A stretch of 63,216 nucleotides of DNA, the filler included, from Chrysochromulina tobinii (lineage: Eukaryota), in assembly GCA_001275005.1 (NCBI GenBank). It is 8 parts of 8 records of this genome, joined end to end, with 100 filler letters (N's around TTAATTAATTAA, not from the genome) between each part and the next. Parts side by side here need not be neighbours in the genome. Positions count along the whole stretch, not along the records: positions 48,609 to 59,994 come from JWZX01000207.1; positions 60,095 to 63,216 come from JWZX01000209.1; 6 more parts are not named here. The stretch is one strand, 5' to 3'. The translations under genes and the position numbers were made by a program. The notes below the pieces were generated by a model. That model did not search any database. It was not told the origin of the DNA and was given only the letters and a program-made list of their open reading frames with translations. This document shows, piece after piece, positions 53,282-63,216 of the stretch (its first letter is position 1; the number at the start of each line of letters is the position of its first letter).

Positions 53282-56104
53282 ATGAACGCGGGGGCGGAGC
53301 TCTCGAGCGGCGCCGACGAGATCGAGGCATCGCGTCGCGCGCTGCAGGCGGAGCTTAAGGCGGCAGGTGCACACATCGACGAGGTTGGGCGCTCCAAAGG
53401 CGCGCAGGCGCGAATGGAGAAGATTGCGGAGGATGCTGCCGCTCACAGTGCCCAGCTCTCGTTTGCGGCGTTTCAGCAGCATCAGCGTCAAGCGAAAAAG
53501 GCAGGGCGTGCCTCCGCCAAGACGCTGGCAGGCGACTCGGGGTCCGCCGGCTCGGGCTATCCGACGATCGTCCTTGACAAACTCAAGGAGAGTGAGACGG
53601 AGGCGAAGCGGCGCATAGCCGAGCTGCAGCGCCAGCTCGACCAGAAGCGCATCAAGGCGCGGATGAGCGAGGTGGAGCGGCGCAACCTCGCCGTGGGCGA
53701 GGCGATCCGCGCGCACGCGCGCAACGACCGGCTCAAGCAGATCCTCGAGGGCGCAACGCCGGCGAGCGAGGAGGAGATGCGCGTGCTGTCTGAGTCGTTC
53801 AACGAGTCCATGTGCGACTTGCTTGAGGAGTCGACGACGCCCGAGTCGTGGGTGAAGCTGTTCCGGCTGGTCGACGCCGACGGCTCCGGCCAGATCTCCT
53901 TCGACGAGCTCTGCCTCATGGCGCGCGAGGAGCTCGGCCTCCTACCGGCCGACATCGCAGACGAGCAGCTGAAGGCTATCTGGCTCTATCTCGATAGCGA
54001 CCAGAACGGGTTCATCTCGACTGGCGAGTTCGGCAACTTTATGCGCAAGGGCGCGCACGTTCTCATCAAGCACAAGGAGTCGTGGCGTGAGCGCCTCGAA
54101 GCGCGAAACCACGCCGCCGCCGACAATTTGCGCGCCAATCGCGATCGGCTGCTCGAGCGCGACATGGTGAGGAGGCTGGAGGGCGCGATCGCGGCGCCCG
54201 AGGGCGACGTGGCGCTGCTGGCGCGGCTGTGCCAGCAGCGGATGAGCACGGTCAACGAGGAGGACGAGGCGCCCTCGCGCTCGTGGTACAACCTCTTCAA
54301 GCGCGTCGATGAGGACGATTCCGGTCGCGTCACCTTTGCCGAATTCCGCAGGCTCGTGCGGGCGGAGCTCGGCGTGCCGACAGCGGACATGGAGGAGGTG
54401 AAGCTGAAGGGCGTGTGGCTCGCGCTCGACAGCGACCAGAATGGGTTCATTACGGCGGCCGAGTTTGCAGCCTTCATGCGCAAGGCGGAGCCGCAGGCTA
54501 AGGACCAGCGGCTTCGCAGCTTGCTCGCACGTCGGCGCAAGGCGGAAGCGGGCAAGCAGCACGACGAGCAGATCAAGCTGGCGGCTAAGGAGATGATCCG
54601 GCAGGCGGTCGAGCGCAAGCGCGAGAACGTGCGCCAGGCGCGCGAGGAGAACCAGCTCAGGCGCAAGGAGGATGCGGCCAAGCGCGAGGCAGCCAGCAAG
54701 GAGGCAGCCGAGTTGATACGAGCCAACTCGCGGATGGACTTTTTGACGACCGAGCTGGTGGGGGTGCCGAGCGCGAGTGAGGCTGAGGTGCGCGAGCTCT
54801 CGGAGGCATGCAACGCACGCATGCTCGAGCTCGTCGGGTACGACGAGAAGAAGGCCGCCTGGTTCAAATTTTACCGGCGCGTCGACTCCGATGACAGCGG
54901 CCGCATCGACTTTAAAGAGTTTCGTCACATGCTTCGGGTCGAGCTGCAGCTGAGTGCGAAGGCCATGGACGATTACCGGCTGAAGACGGCGTGGGTCGCG
55001 CTCGACGTCGACAGCTCGGGCTACATCTCCGCGGGCGAGTTTGGCTCCTTCATGCGCCGTGGCGAGCGCGTCCTCAACGAGGCCAAGGAGGAGCGCCCGT
55101 GGAAGGAGCGCCGTCTCGAGCGCGCCAAGGCGGCCCACGCGGCGCGGCTGGCGGAGCGCGACGCTCTCTTCCACAGAGACATCGCCAAGCAGCTTGAGGG
55201 GGCGCCGCCCGCGTCCGACGAAGAAGTGCGACGTTTGTCCGAGGCCTTCAACGCGAGGCTGCAACTGCTCGAGGCTGAGAACGAGCTTCAGCGCCAAGCC
55301 ACCAGCGGCGCCAGGAGCGACCCTGGGGGCAGCGGCGCCCTCTCCGACGGGCTGGACGCCGACGGGCTGCCGCCCATGCCCGCCGCCGCGCGCTCGTGCG
55401 GCTGGTACACGCTCTTCAAGCACGTCGATGAGAATGAGTCGGGCACGATCTCGTACCGCGAGCTCAAGGTGATCGTGCGCGACGAGCTGCAGCTGACGCC
55501 CAAGGACGTGCCCGAGCACGAACTCCAGGCAGTGTACCTCGCCCTCGATAAGGATAAGTCCGGCTTCATCACGGCCGGCGAGTTTGGGCAGTTCATGCGG
55601 CTGGGCGCGCCCGACCGGGTGCAGGGCTACAAGAAGGGCGCGATGCTCGAGCGCAGGCGTGCGATCGCACTGCGCGAGCGCGCCATCTTCGAAATGGGGG
55701 CAGCGCAGGTGCATCGGCGCCATGCCGAGCAGCTCGCGCGCCAGAAGCAGGAGTACGACCGGCGCGTTCAGGTCCTCGAGAGGGAGCTGCAGGAGATGGA
55801 GGGAGCTGGAGACACCGGTGGCGGCGCGAGCGGCTCACATGACCCGGCGCGTGTGAGCGTCGAGCCGGTTCCGTCAGTTCCGTCAGGCGAGGAGCTTAGC
55901 CGGCAGCGCAGGCTCACGATGGCCAAGCTGCGAGGCGCGCCGCCGCCGCCCAGCAGCCCCGCGTCCGGCTTGCTCTCAGCCTATGCCTCCAAGAGCACGC
56001 CGATCCTGCCCGCCTCGCAGCGCAATCGAACGGCCAGAGCTGGCCGTGACCGTGGCGCGGCCTCGGAGGGCAAACTCAAGCTGCCAGCCATCCAGTCCCG
56101 ATAG
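53282..56104 (+). CDS. Multi-EF-hand calcium-binding protein (four EF-hand pairs)
   Basis: DADGSGQISFDE/DSDQNGFISTGE, DEDDSGRVTFAE/DSDQNGFITAAE, DSDDSGRIDFKE/DVDSSGYISAGE and DENESGTISYRE/DKDKSGFITAGE. Confidence 0.9.
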   Translation: MNAGAELSSGADEIEASRRALQAELKAAGAHIDEVGRSKGAQARMEKIAEDAAAHSAQLSFAAFQQHQRQAKKAGRASAKTLAGDSGSAGSGYPTIVLDKLKESETEAKRRIAELQRQLDQKRIKARMSEVERRNLAVGEAIRAHARNDRLKQILEGATPASEEEMRVLSESFNESMCDLLEESTTPESWVKLFRLVDADGSGQISFDELCLMAREELGLLPADIADEQLKAIWLYLDSDQNGFISTGEFGNFMRKGAHVLIKHKESWRERLEARNHAAADNLRANRDRLLERDMVRRLEGAIAAPEGDVALLARLCQQRMSTVNEEDEAPSRSWYNLFKRVDEDDSGRVTFAEFRRLVRAELGVPTADMEEVKLKGVWLALDSDQNGFITAAEFAAFMRKAEPQAKDQRLRSLLARRRKAEAGKQHDEQIKLAAKEMIRQAVERKRENVRQAREENQLRRKEDAAKREAASKEAAELIRANSRMDFLTTELVGVPSASEAEVRELSEACNARMLELVGYDEKKAAWFKFYRRVDSDDSGRIDFKEFRHMLRVELQLSAKAMDDYRLKTAWVALDVDSSGYISAGEFGSFMRRGERVLNEAKEERPWKERRLERAKAAHAARLAERDALFHRDIAKQLEGAPPASDEEVRRLSEAFNARLQLLEAENELQRQATSGARSDPGGSGALSDGLDADGLPPMPAAARSCGWYTLFKHVDENESGTISYRELKVIVRDELQLTPKDVPEHELQAVYLALDKDKSGFITAGEFGQFMRLGAPDRVQGYKKGAMLERRRAIALRERAIFEMGAAQVHRRHAEQLARQKQEYDRRVQVLERELQEMEGAGDTGGGASGSHDPARVSVEPVPSVPSGEELSRQRRLTMAKLRGAPPPPSSPASGLLSAYASKSTPILPASQRNRTARAGRDRGAASEGKLKLPAIQSR

Positions 56105-56479
56105 GCGATGAGGGGCGGATGCGGCCGGTGACGGTTAAGCCAGATGCAGGTTATATCATTACGGCTATATCCGCGGGCCGCGGAGCGCGCGCGCGCGCGC
56201 GGCGTGCCTCGACGTGAGGGGCTGAGCATCGCCATGGGCTCGCTGCCTTGCGCGCGCCGCGCCTTCATCGCCGCACGTCAAGTCTTCGCGCACTGCGTGC
56301 CGCGCGGTGCGCGTGCACAGGTTGTTTTTCACAGTTTTTAATCATCATCCCGTCACAGCATGTGCCTTGATACGAGCGAGCGGGGAACTACGTTATACAC
56401 TACGTAGCTCAATGGGCTCGTGGTACGCGGAGTCCGCCCACGCCCGCGCCGCCCGCCGGCCCGCGCCGCGTTCGCTCTC

Positions 56480-57043
56480 TTAACGCCGCTTGCCAAGGAA
56501 ATTCTTATCGAAGTTCTTCTGCTCCCTGGCGCGCTTCACCTTGATCATCTGCGCTTTGTTCATGATCGTCGCGCGGAACGGCTCACGGGCCGTGCGATGC
56601 GTTGACTTCTTAAGGTCGAAGTCGTGAACCTTCGATCTGCCGTTCGGGAGCCCGAGAAGCTTCATGAGCATTTGCTCGTCTGTGGCAGACTTCTCGTCCT
56701 TGCGCATGGCAACCTTGTTCTTGACTGCCTGGTACACGGAGACAAGATCCTTGGCGAGTTTGGCATCCTCATCCATCGAGACTGCGACCAGGCAGCCGCA
56801 CGCGCCAAACTGGGCCTGCACGTCAGAGCAAACACGGAATGGGAATCCCTTGCACTGGCCGCAATCCGCCGAGGCGGCATGCCACAGCTCGGCTCTTTCG
56901 AACTGCTCACACTCGTGGAGCAGTCCGCAGGCGCGATCGAAGTCGATGGCGGAAAGCATGAGAGGTGCCGACGATGATTTTCCAGACAAGCGCTTGTGAC
57001 TTGACGGATCGGCTGCGCGAAGCAAGGCTCCGGCAATGACCAA
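56480..57043 (-). CDS. Hypothetical basic protein (possibly the spliced 3' part of the upstream gene)
   Basis: Protein-like Lys-rich C-terminal half; 5' structure unclear. Confidence 0.35.
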   Translation of the reverse strand: MVIAGALLRAADPSSHKRLSGKSSSAPLMLSAIDFDRACGLLHECEQFERAELWHAASADCGQCKGFPFRVCSDVQAQFGACGCLVAVSMDEDAKLAKDLVSVYQAVKNKVAMRKDEKSATDEQMLMKLLGLPNGRSKVHDFDLKKSTHRTAREPFRATIMNKAQMIKVKRAREQKNFDKNFLGKRR

Positions 57044-57113
57044 TGTTTAGTGGAGTGTCCGCCTTGTGACGAATTTTGATCTTTGACGAATTCGTACATT
57101 GTCGACACGGAGC

Positions 57114-57589
57114 TCAATACGCAAACTCCGCGACGGCCTCGCCCTGTGGCTGCACCGAAGTGGCCTCTGCGGACGCGCCATCCTGGCGATCTGCTCGATC
57201 GCGATGCCGCGGCTTACGCTGCTTCGGCGGCGCCGGCTCTGCTGCAGCATCGTGATGTGCGTGTGCCTGCTTGGGCTGCCGTTGCCGTTGCTGCTGCTGT
57301 AGCAAGAGCTGCTGCATGCGCACCTCCGGCGGTGCGTCCGCACTTGCCGCAGTCGCCCTCGCCGTCACGGCCTCCTCCTTTTCAGCCTTCTGCTGCTCGA
57401 GCGCTTCAATCTCCAGCTGCGCGAGATCGATCAGCCTGAGCGCCTCCGCGATCGCCTCCGCTGTCGTACACGTGGGCCGCCCATCAAAGGTGCCGCCGCA
57501 GCCAGCGCCGGCCGCCTCGCTACGCATGCCCGGCGCCTCGGCGCCCGTCATCTCCGCGCTCTCTGGAGCGCCTGCCACAAGCCCACCTG

Positions 57590-57674
<85 letters not shown>

Positions 57675-58319
57675 GTGCTCTGAGTCAAGACGCGCCAGCA
57701 GCGCCATGCTTTCATCGAGCCACGCGTCCTGCGGCTTGATGGGCGGGCCTGCGTCCCGCTCGACACGCGTCACGGCCACGGCGCGCCACTTGCTGTTCCC
57801 ACCACTGTTCTTGACCCGTGCGCCTATGATGCGGTCGCCTTCAAATACTGGACGCCAGCGGGCCACGAGCGTCGCCTGCACGTAGGTGTCGCGGCCCGCG
57901 ATGACGAACTGCTCGGCTCGGCCCGCAAACGAGATGAGCTCGGAGAAGGGCTCCCCACGTGGCGCTGCAGCGGGGTTGCGGCTGTGCGCGCTCGGTGCGC
58001 TCGGTGCCTCGACGCTGCGCACGGCCGTTGCACGCCACTTGGCCTTGCCTTCGCCTGTGTTGAGCGAGCGCGCGCCAGTGACCACGGCGCCCTCCACGAG
58101 CGCGTTCTCAGGCCATGCCTGGTAGAGCCGTGAGTGAATCCATGTGTCGTGTGCAACCACAAAGTGCTCCAACTTGCCTGCAAAGGTGATTCTCTCCACA
58201 AAATTGCTCTCATCTGCATGTGCGGATGCGCCGTTCCCGCGCCCTCCCTTTGCACCGCGCGAAGGTGCGTCCGCGCCGCCACTGCGCCCGCCACGACCGC
58301 TACCCTTGGCTGATGGCAT
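57114..58319 (-). CDS. Hypothetical protein with two tandem S1/OB-like repeats and poly-Q
   Basis: Duplicated I.FAG..E.FV.A..DT....L.......EG..+.GAR..N.G...KWRA.AV module. Confidence 0.55.
57591..57672. repeat. (CTG/CAG)n microsatellite
   Basis: About 27 uninterrupted ctg units. Confidence 0.97.
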
Positions 58320-58772
58320 GCCGCCGGACTTTCTATTGTATGTCAAGACAAGTGTGAATACTGTGTGAATGGTCAATGGTCAATCGAATCATCCTTGTGA
58401 AAACACTGAGGCGTTCCAACTCGCGGACCACGATTGTAACACTGCGAACGAGACAGTCCCCTTGTTCCAGAACCATTACAATGTACCACACCGGGGGGCC
58501 GCACCGCGCACGCGCGGCAGCTTGAAGCTTCAAGCTAAGGGCACATTAGGAGCACAAGACATTTCTCGTTCGGATGTTTCGATCGCGTTCGGGTCACGTT
58601 CCCCATCTCTAGCTACTATACATGTAACTGTGTAGTTGCAGGAACCAGGATTAGCTTGCAGCTTGCAGGGACGAGCGAGTCCGGACCCCTCGCTGTGGTA
58701 TGATTAGGTGTGCGCCGCAGCCCAAGCTTCAGCAAAGCTGTCTGACGAGCCGTTCACGAGTTCACGAGTTCA

Positions 58773-59868
58773 CTAAGCACTGAATTTGAGCCCATCGCGT
58801 TCAAGTAACCGAATTTCAACTAGGCATACGAGTCTGCGAGCACGGGTTTCGAGGCAGTAATTGTGTGAGCTCTGGGGGTCGGTAGTGACGCTGCAGCAAG
58901 GCACGTCGCGTGTGCAGGCCTGCGGTTGTAGGAGTACAACCCAGAGGTCGTGAAGTCGAGATCAGCCAGCGCACAGGTCAGCTCCGAGATCGGCCTTGGT
59001 CACGGCCGCCACCACGTTCTTCATTTCCTTGCCCTTGATGCGATACGACAGAAGGAGGGCCGGCAAAACGTCCTTGGCGCCTGCGACGACACCGCGGCAC
59101 GAGACTGTCTGACGAAGCCCGTTAATCTTGTGAGCATGATAGTCTGTGGGCACCCCGTGGCTGTCGACGAGCCCCAAATGCCTCGCAGCTCTTTCGGTGA
59201 TCAGCGTGCACCCTGCGTTGCCCGTATCGAGTACGGCTTGCAGCCCTGCTTGGAAGCGCCCCGTGTCATCCTTGACTTCTGCGCTCTCGTGCACGCCGAT
59301 CTGCTCGTGCTGCGGCAAGGCACTCGGCAGGGCACTCGGCAGGTAACGAGGCGGATTGACCAATGAGAACCCGCCGCCGCCGCTGTAGCCGCCGCCGCCG
59401 CCGCTGGAGCCACCACCACCGCTGCTGTAGCCGCCGCCGCCGCCCGTATGGCTACCCGTATGGGGGGGCGGCTGGCCGTAGTAGGACTTGGCGGCGGGCG
59501 CGGGCGACTTGGCCGCACGCTTCGGCTTACTGCTCGAGGCGGCGGCAGGTGCGGCGGGCGCAGCTGCAATGGGTGTGGGCGCTGCAGCGGCCGGCGTCGA
59601 CTTATTGGCCTCCTTAAAGATGAGCATGGCGACAAGGGCGACCACGATGACCACTGTGACGATCAAGGGGGCCCACATGACGCCGAGCACAATGCCGTAG
59701 ATGACGGCGGCGGTGACGACGTGCTTCTCGAGCGCGTCGAGAGGCACGTCGTCGCGTGCCTTTCGGTCATCACGGCGCCCCCGCCGCAGCCCTTCCGGCG
59801 CGCCGCCGAAAAGGCTGAGGTGATGGAGAAGGCGGCGGAGGCTGAATGTAGCCTGGGCCCACAGCATC
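58773..59868 (-). CDS. Membrane-anchored retropepsin-like aspartic protease
   Basis: N-terminal TM helices, AVLDTGNAGCTLIT catalytic motif and GADL. Probable last exon EIRLLERDGLKFSA* ending at 58773; start and splicing uncertain. Confidence 0.6.
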
Positions 59869-59994
59869 GATGACTTGTTGCTGCTGTGTGAACACGGCGG
59901 GAAATGTGTCACGCCGCGCTCCGCGCGCCGTACCAGGCGTTCACACAACACACACTCGGGTAGCTCACTGAGCTCTTCCTCACTAAGAGGGGAT

Positions 59995-60094
59995 NNNNNN
60001 NNNNNNNNNNNNNNNNNNNNNNNNNNNNNNNNNNNNNNTTAATTAATTAANNNNNNNNNNNNNNNNNNNNNNNNNNNNNNNNNNNNNNNNNNNN
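59995..60094. other. Artificial contig linker
   Basis: N-run + ttaattaattaa + N-run. Confidence 0.99.
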
Positions 60095-60139
60095 CGGCGG
60101 AGCCGCTGACCAGGATCAGAATGCGCGCTTTGGGCGACG

Positions 60140-60273
60140 TCTCAGGAGAATCTCAGGAGACCTTTCTGGGTCAATGACCCAGGAGACCTTTCTGGGTCAA
60201 TGACCCAGAAAGGCGACCTTTCTGGGTCAATAGTATTGACCCTTTCTGGGTCAATAGTATTGACCCAGAAAGG
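60140..60273. repeat. Array of palindromic cctttctgggtca units
   Basis: Inverted repeats cctttctgggtca-a-tgacccagaaagg (60187-60213) and cctttctgggtcaata-g-tattgacccagaaagg (60241-60273). Confidence 0.85.
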
Positions 60274-60802
60274 CATTCCTGGGCCACACAATTACGGATC
60301 TCGCTTCGCCAGATTTGGTAAGCACAGTATGCTTCTGTATATTCATGGGATGCATGCATGCATGCACGTTGCACGCATGTTACATTGTATAGTTTCACCC
60401 GCCCGCGGGCGCTCCGGGCTCGACAGTACGGGTCGAGGTGTTGCGCCTGCCGCCCTTAACGTTGTTCGCTCTGGAAGACAACCAATCTAGCGCAAGCGCT
60501 AGAACCCACCAGATTCGGGTTGTTTTGAAGATGGCCGAGGAAAGCAACTAACGGGGACGGTAGGGCGCTCGCTCCGGCGCTGAGGCCTGAGCGACGCGCA
60601 CACAGCGGGCGGGCAAAAGCATGCATGCATACTTCGAATTTCAACAACAAAACTTTTGAAATGCACATGCTTTTCACAGATGCGCTGCATAGAGAATACT
60701 ACATATGCACCCGTCAATCGAATGAATGACGACGTGTGACCAATCTTGCATACATCTACTCGGCAGGGGTTCTCAGCTGCGCCCGATTGCATGGTATGTA
60801 AC

Positions 60803-63216
60803 TTAGATGCGCAGGCGTTCTTCTGTTGCGCGCTCAAGCGCCTCAGACCCAACCAGGCTCGAACTTTGTTGTTGACGACGCATGGGAGATGACTCTCTTG
60901 GGCGCGTTGAGCGACGACCAGTAAGAAGTAAAGTAGCGGTCTTCATCTTCTCCTCGAGCATCAGAGCCTGGGCAGGTGGAAGCGTCTTCAGCCACTTTTC
61001 GCACTGCGTGTACAGCCTGAGCGCCTCGGCGGGTGCTCCCAGCTTCAGATGCATATTGCCAGCGCTCAGCAGGAAGCTTGGGCGCTCAGGCTCAACCGAG
61101 AGGGCCTGCGTGAAGAAATCCAGAGCACGCCCTGAGTCGCCCTCCGCGTTCGCCTCGAGCCCTGCACCATACCATACCTGGGCTTGCTCCGTCGCAGACA
61201 GGGTCGTCTTGGCCGCCACGGGCGGCGAGGAGGAGCTCCCAGGCGCCGGCGGCTCCAGCTGCTGCTGCTGTACATGTTGCTGCAGGCGGGCCTGAAAGCT
61301 GTCGAGACCAAAGACTGTAAGACCGCTGCCAGGCTCCAAGCTGAACTGCTGCTGCTCGCGTCCAAAGGAGCGAGCTTGCCGGAGATTGAGCCGATACGCC
61401 GCGATCGCCTTCGCCTCTGCCCACGCCGCCTGAGCCTTCATGTCAGCAGCCTTGGCCCTGGCAGCTTTTCCCCTCTCGATAGCCTGTAGCTTCGTGGCTG
61501 CCTCCTGCTGTGCAATCGCCTCAGCCGCCGCCTCATCTGCCGCCGCCGCCGCTGCTGCCGCCGCTGATGCCGCTGCTGCCGCCGCCTTCATGTCAGCCGC
61601 CTTGGCCCTGGCAGCTTTTCCCCTCTCGATAGCCTGTAGCTTCGTGGCTGCCTCCTGTTGTGCAATCGCCTCAGCCGCCGCCTCATCTGCCGCCGCCGCC
61701 GCTGCTGCCGCCGCTGCCGGCGCCGCCTTCATGTCAGCAGCCTTGGCCCTGGCAGCTTTTCCCCTCTCGATAGCCTGTAGCTTCGTGGCTGCCTCCTGCG
61801 GACGAGCCTCTGCTGCAGCCGCTTCCGCTTTCGCCGCCTCCGCTGCTGCAATTATGAAGGCTGCTGCACGGGCCTCTGCCTGAGCCTTTATTGCTGCCAC
61901 CTTTTCCGCCTGAGCCTCCTCCAACGGCGCGGCCAACGTATCAGCGCGCTGCTTACGTTCGAAAGAGAGAGATCGCTTGAGAATGAGCTTGTTCAAGTGC
62001 TGTTGCTCCTCTTCCGCAGTCGCCTCCTCTTCCTCCTCCGGCGGTGCGGCCGGCGTAACTATGAACTTCTTGCGTTCAAAAGAGAGTGCTCGCTTGAGAC
62101 GAGCGTACGGTGTTTCAGGCGCATCAGACGGTGTATCCGTCGGGGAAGTCGGCATCATCAGCTCCGCACGCTGCAGCCACTTTGCACTCGCCGCCACCGC
62201 CTCGCTCGGCGCTGCGGCACCCGGTGCCACAGCCTCCCCCGGCGGCACGATGTACGAGCTGCTGCGCCTGGGGACTGGCCTCGAGCAAGAGGCACCCACA
62301 AAGGACTGCGTCACGGGGATGTTCGGGAGGTATGTAATCTGGCGCCCCAGAGCAGCCATCTGTGAGGCGTAGCGATCTGGCGTAGCGGTCTGTGAGGCGA
62401 CGATCTGAGAGGCGCCTACTGAGGCACCTGAGTAGGATTGCTTTGGTATGAGCCGGACCCGAGAGAGCGGAGAGACGCCCATGGATTGTGCCGGACTGAG
62501 CGGCTTGGATCGTGTGGGAGTCGACTGGACGTCGAGTGCGGGGGAAGTCGGGGGAAGTCGAGGGGAGTTGGGGGACGGCGTCTGGACTTTGGGGGAAGTG
62601 GAGGAGGCGCTTGCGTGCCAATCATCCTCCTCGGCGGTGATCAGAAGCGGAGGTGCGGCCACGGCGGGCTGCTTGACGTTGCCTACGATTACCATGGCTC
62701 CGGTCGACAACGGTTGGGGGCTGCCGCTTGGTCTGCCGAGGAGATCTCCCGCAATTGAAGGTGCCTTGGGCATCTTCACCAGCGCCTGCTCGACCTTCTT
62801 ACGCAGATAGATCTTAGAGAACCCGAGGCGCTTGAGCTCCTCTGTTAGCGCCGAATGATCGGTGCGAGCATATGTTGCCAAGCTCTCGAGTGATCCACCG
62901 TGGCTGTGAAGGGCGGCGCTCAGTTCTTCAACGGATGGCTCCGCTCCGTTGATGGAGATAAGCACATCACCCAGCTCTCGCCACAGCTCCAAAGGTGCAA
63001 CAGCCGCCTCGGCAGCCGCCTCGATGGCCTTGAGCTCGCATGCCTTGCGCTCTTCCTCGGCTCTTTGCAACTCGCGCTGACGCCGTATCCGTAGACGTAG
63101 CTGCGTTGGCGCTGCGGCGATACGGGCAGCCTCCGCTGCTGAAGCCGCCTCGGCGGCCTCGAGGTCGTTCGCCTTGCGCTCTGTCTCGGCTCGTTGCCGC
63201 CGCCGCCGGAGCAGGT
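60803..63216 (-). CDS. Large protein with three IQ calmodulin-binding motifs and C-terminal TPRs, 5'-truncated
   Basis: AATKLQAIERGKAAR occurs three times in near-identical DNA repeats; TPR-like ALDFFTQAL..EPERPSFLLSAGNMHLKLG. Confidence 0.7.
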   Translation of the reverse strand, partial: LLRRRRQRAETERKANDLEAAEAASAAEAARIAAAPTQLRLRIRRQRELQRAEEERKACELKAIEAAAEAAVAPLELWRELGDVLISINGAEPSVEELSAALHSHGGSLESLATYARTDHSALTEELKRLGFSKIYLRKKVEQALVKMPKAPSIAGDLLGRPSGSPQPLSTGAMVIVGNVKQPAVAAPPLLITAEEDDWHASASSTSPKVQTPSPNSPRLPPTSPALDVQSTPTRSKPLSPAQSMGVSPLSRVRLIPKQSYSGASVGASQIVASQTATPDRYASQMAALGRQITYLPNIPVTQSFVGASCSRPVPRRSSSYIVPPGEAVAPGAAAPSEAVAASAKWLQRAELMMPTSPTDTPSDAPETPYARLKRALSFERKKFIVTPAAPPEEEEEATAEEEQQHLNKLILKRSLSFERKQRADTLAAPLEEAQAEKVAAIKAQAEARAAAFIIAAAEAAKAEAAAAEARPQEAATKLQAIERGKAARAKAADMKAAPAAAAAAAAAADEAAAEAIAQQEAATKLQAIERGKAARAKAADMKAAAAAASAAAAAAAAADEAAAEAIAQQEAATKLQAIERGKAARAKAADMKAQAAWAEAKAIAAYRLNLRQARSFGREQQQFSLEPGSGLTVFGLDSFQARLQQHVQQQQLEPPAPGSSSSPPVAAKTTLSATEQAQVWYGAGLEANAEGDSGRALDFFTQALSVEPERPSFLLSAGNMHLKLGAPAEALRLYTQCEKWLKTLPPAQALMLEEKMKTATLLLTGRRSTRPRESSPMRRQQQSSSLVGSEALERATEERLRI

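Overview
This window is not one locus. It is eight GC-rich eukaryotic contigs joined by artificial 100-nt linkers (N-run + TTAATTAATTAA + N-run). Spliceosomal introns (GTGCG.../GC donors, CTRAC branch points), bipartite plastid-targeting presequences and gene content point to a photosynthetic alga with a complex plastid, most likely a haptophyte (inference). Recognisable genes: RAD7-like LRR protein, HDAC-family deacetylase, phosphate translocator, homoserine dehydrogenase, thioredoxin-like protein, two membrane-anchored GH5 proteins, CMP-sialic acid synthetase, a 37-aa helical-repeat (HPR/RAP-type) protein, an endonuclease I + lamin-tail nuclease, homeodomain protein, Gfo/Idh/MocA oxidoreductase, esterase, an FNR-PTOX-FNR cluster, EF-hand and IQ/TPR proteins, and a 127-bp satellite. 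The most striking feature is a 7-bladed WD40 gene (44929-46378). Each blade is its own exon (129 nt for the internal ones), separated by near-identical phase-1 introns. Amino-acid variation is concentrated at the ligand-face positions that are hypervariable in fungal HET-E/HNWD receptors, and the protein ends in an F-box-like tail. This is a candidate exon-shuffled recognition system. Other highlights: an in-frame SH3/KOW-like domain insertion flanked by a 13-bp direct repeat, TALE-like variable positions in the HPR array, and a second FNR gene with a different spliced N-terminus but an identical core.
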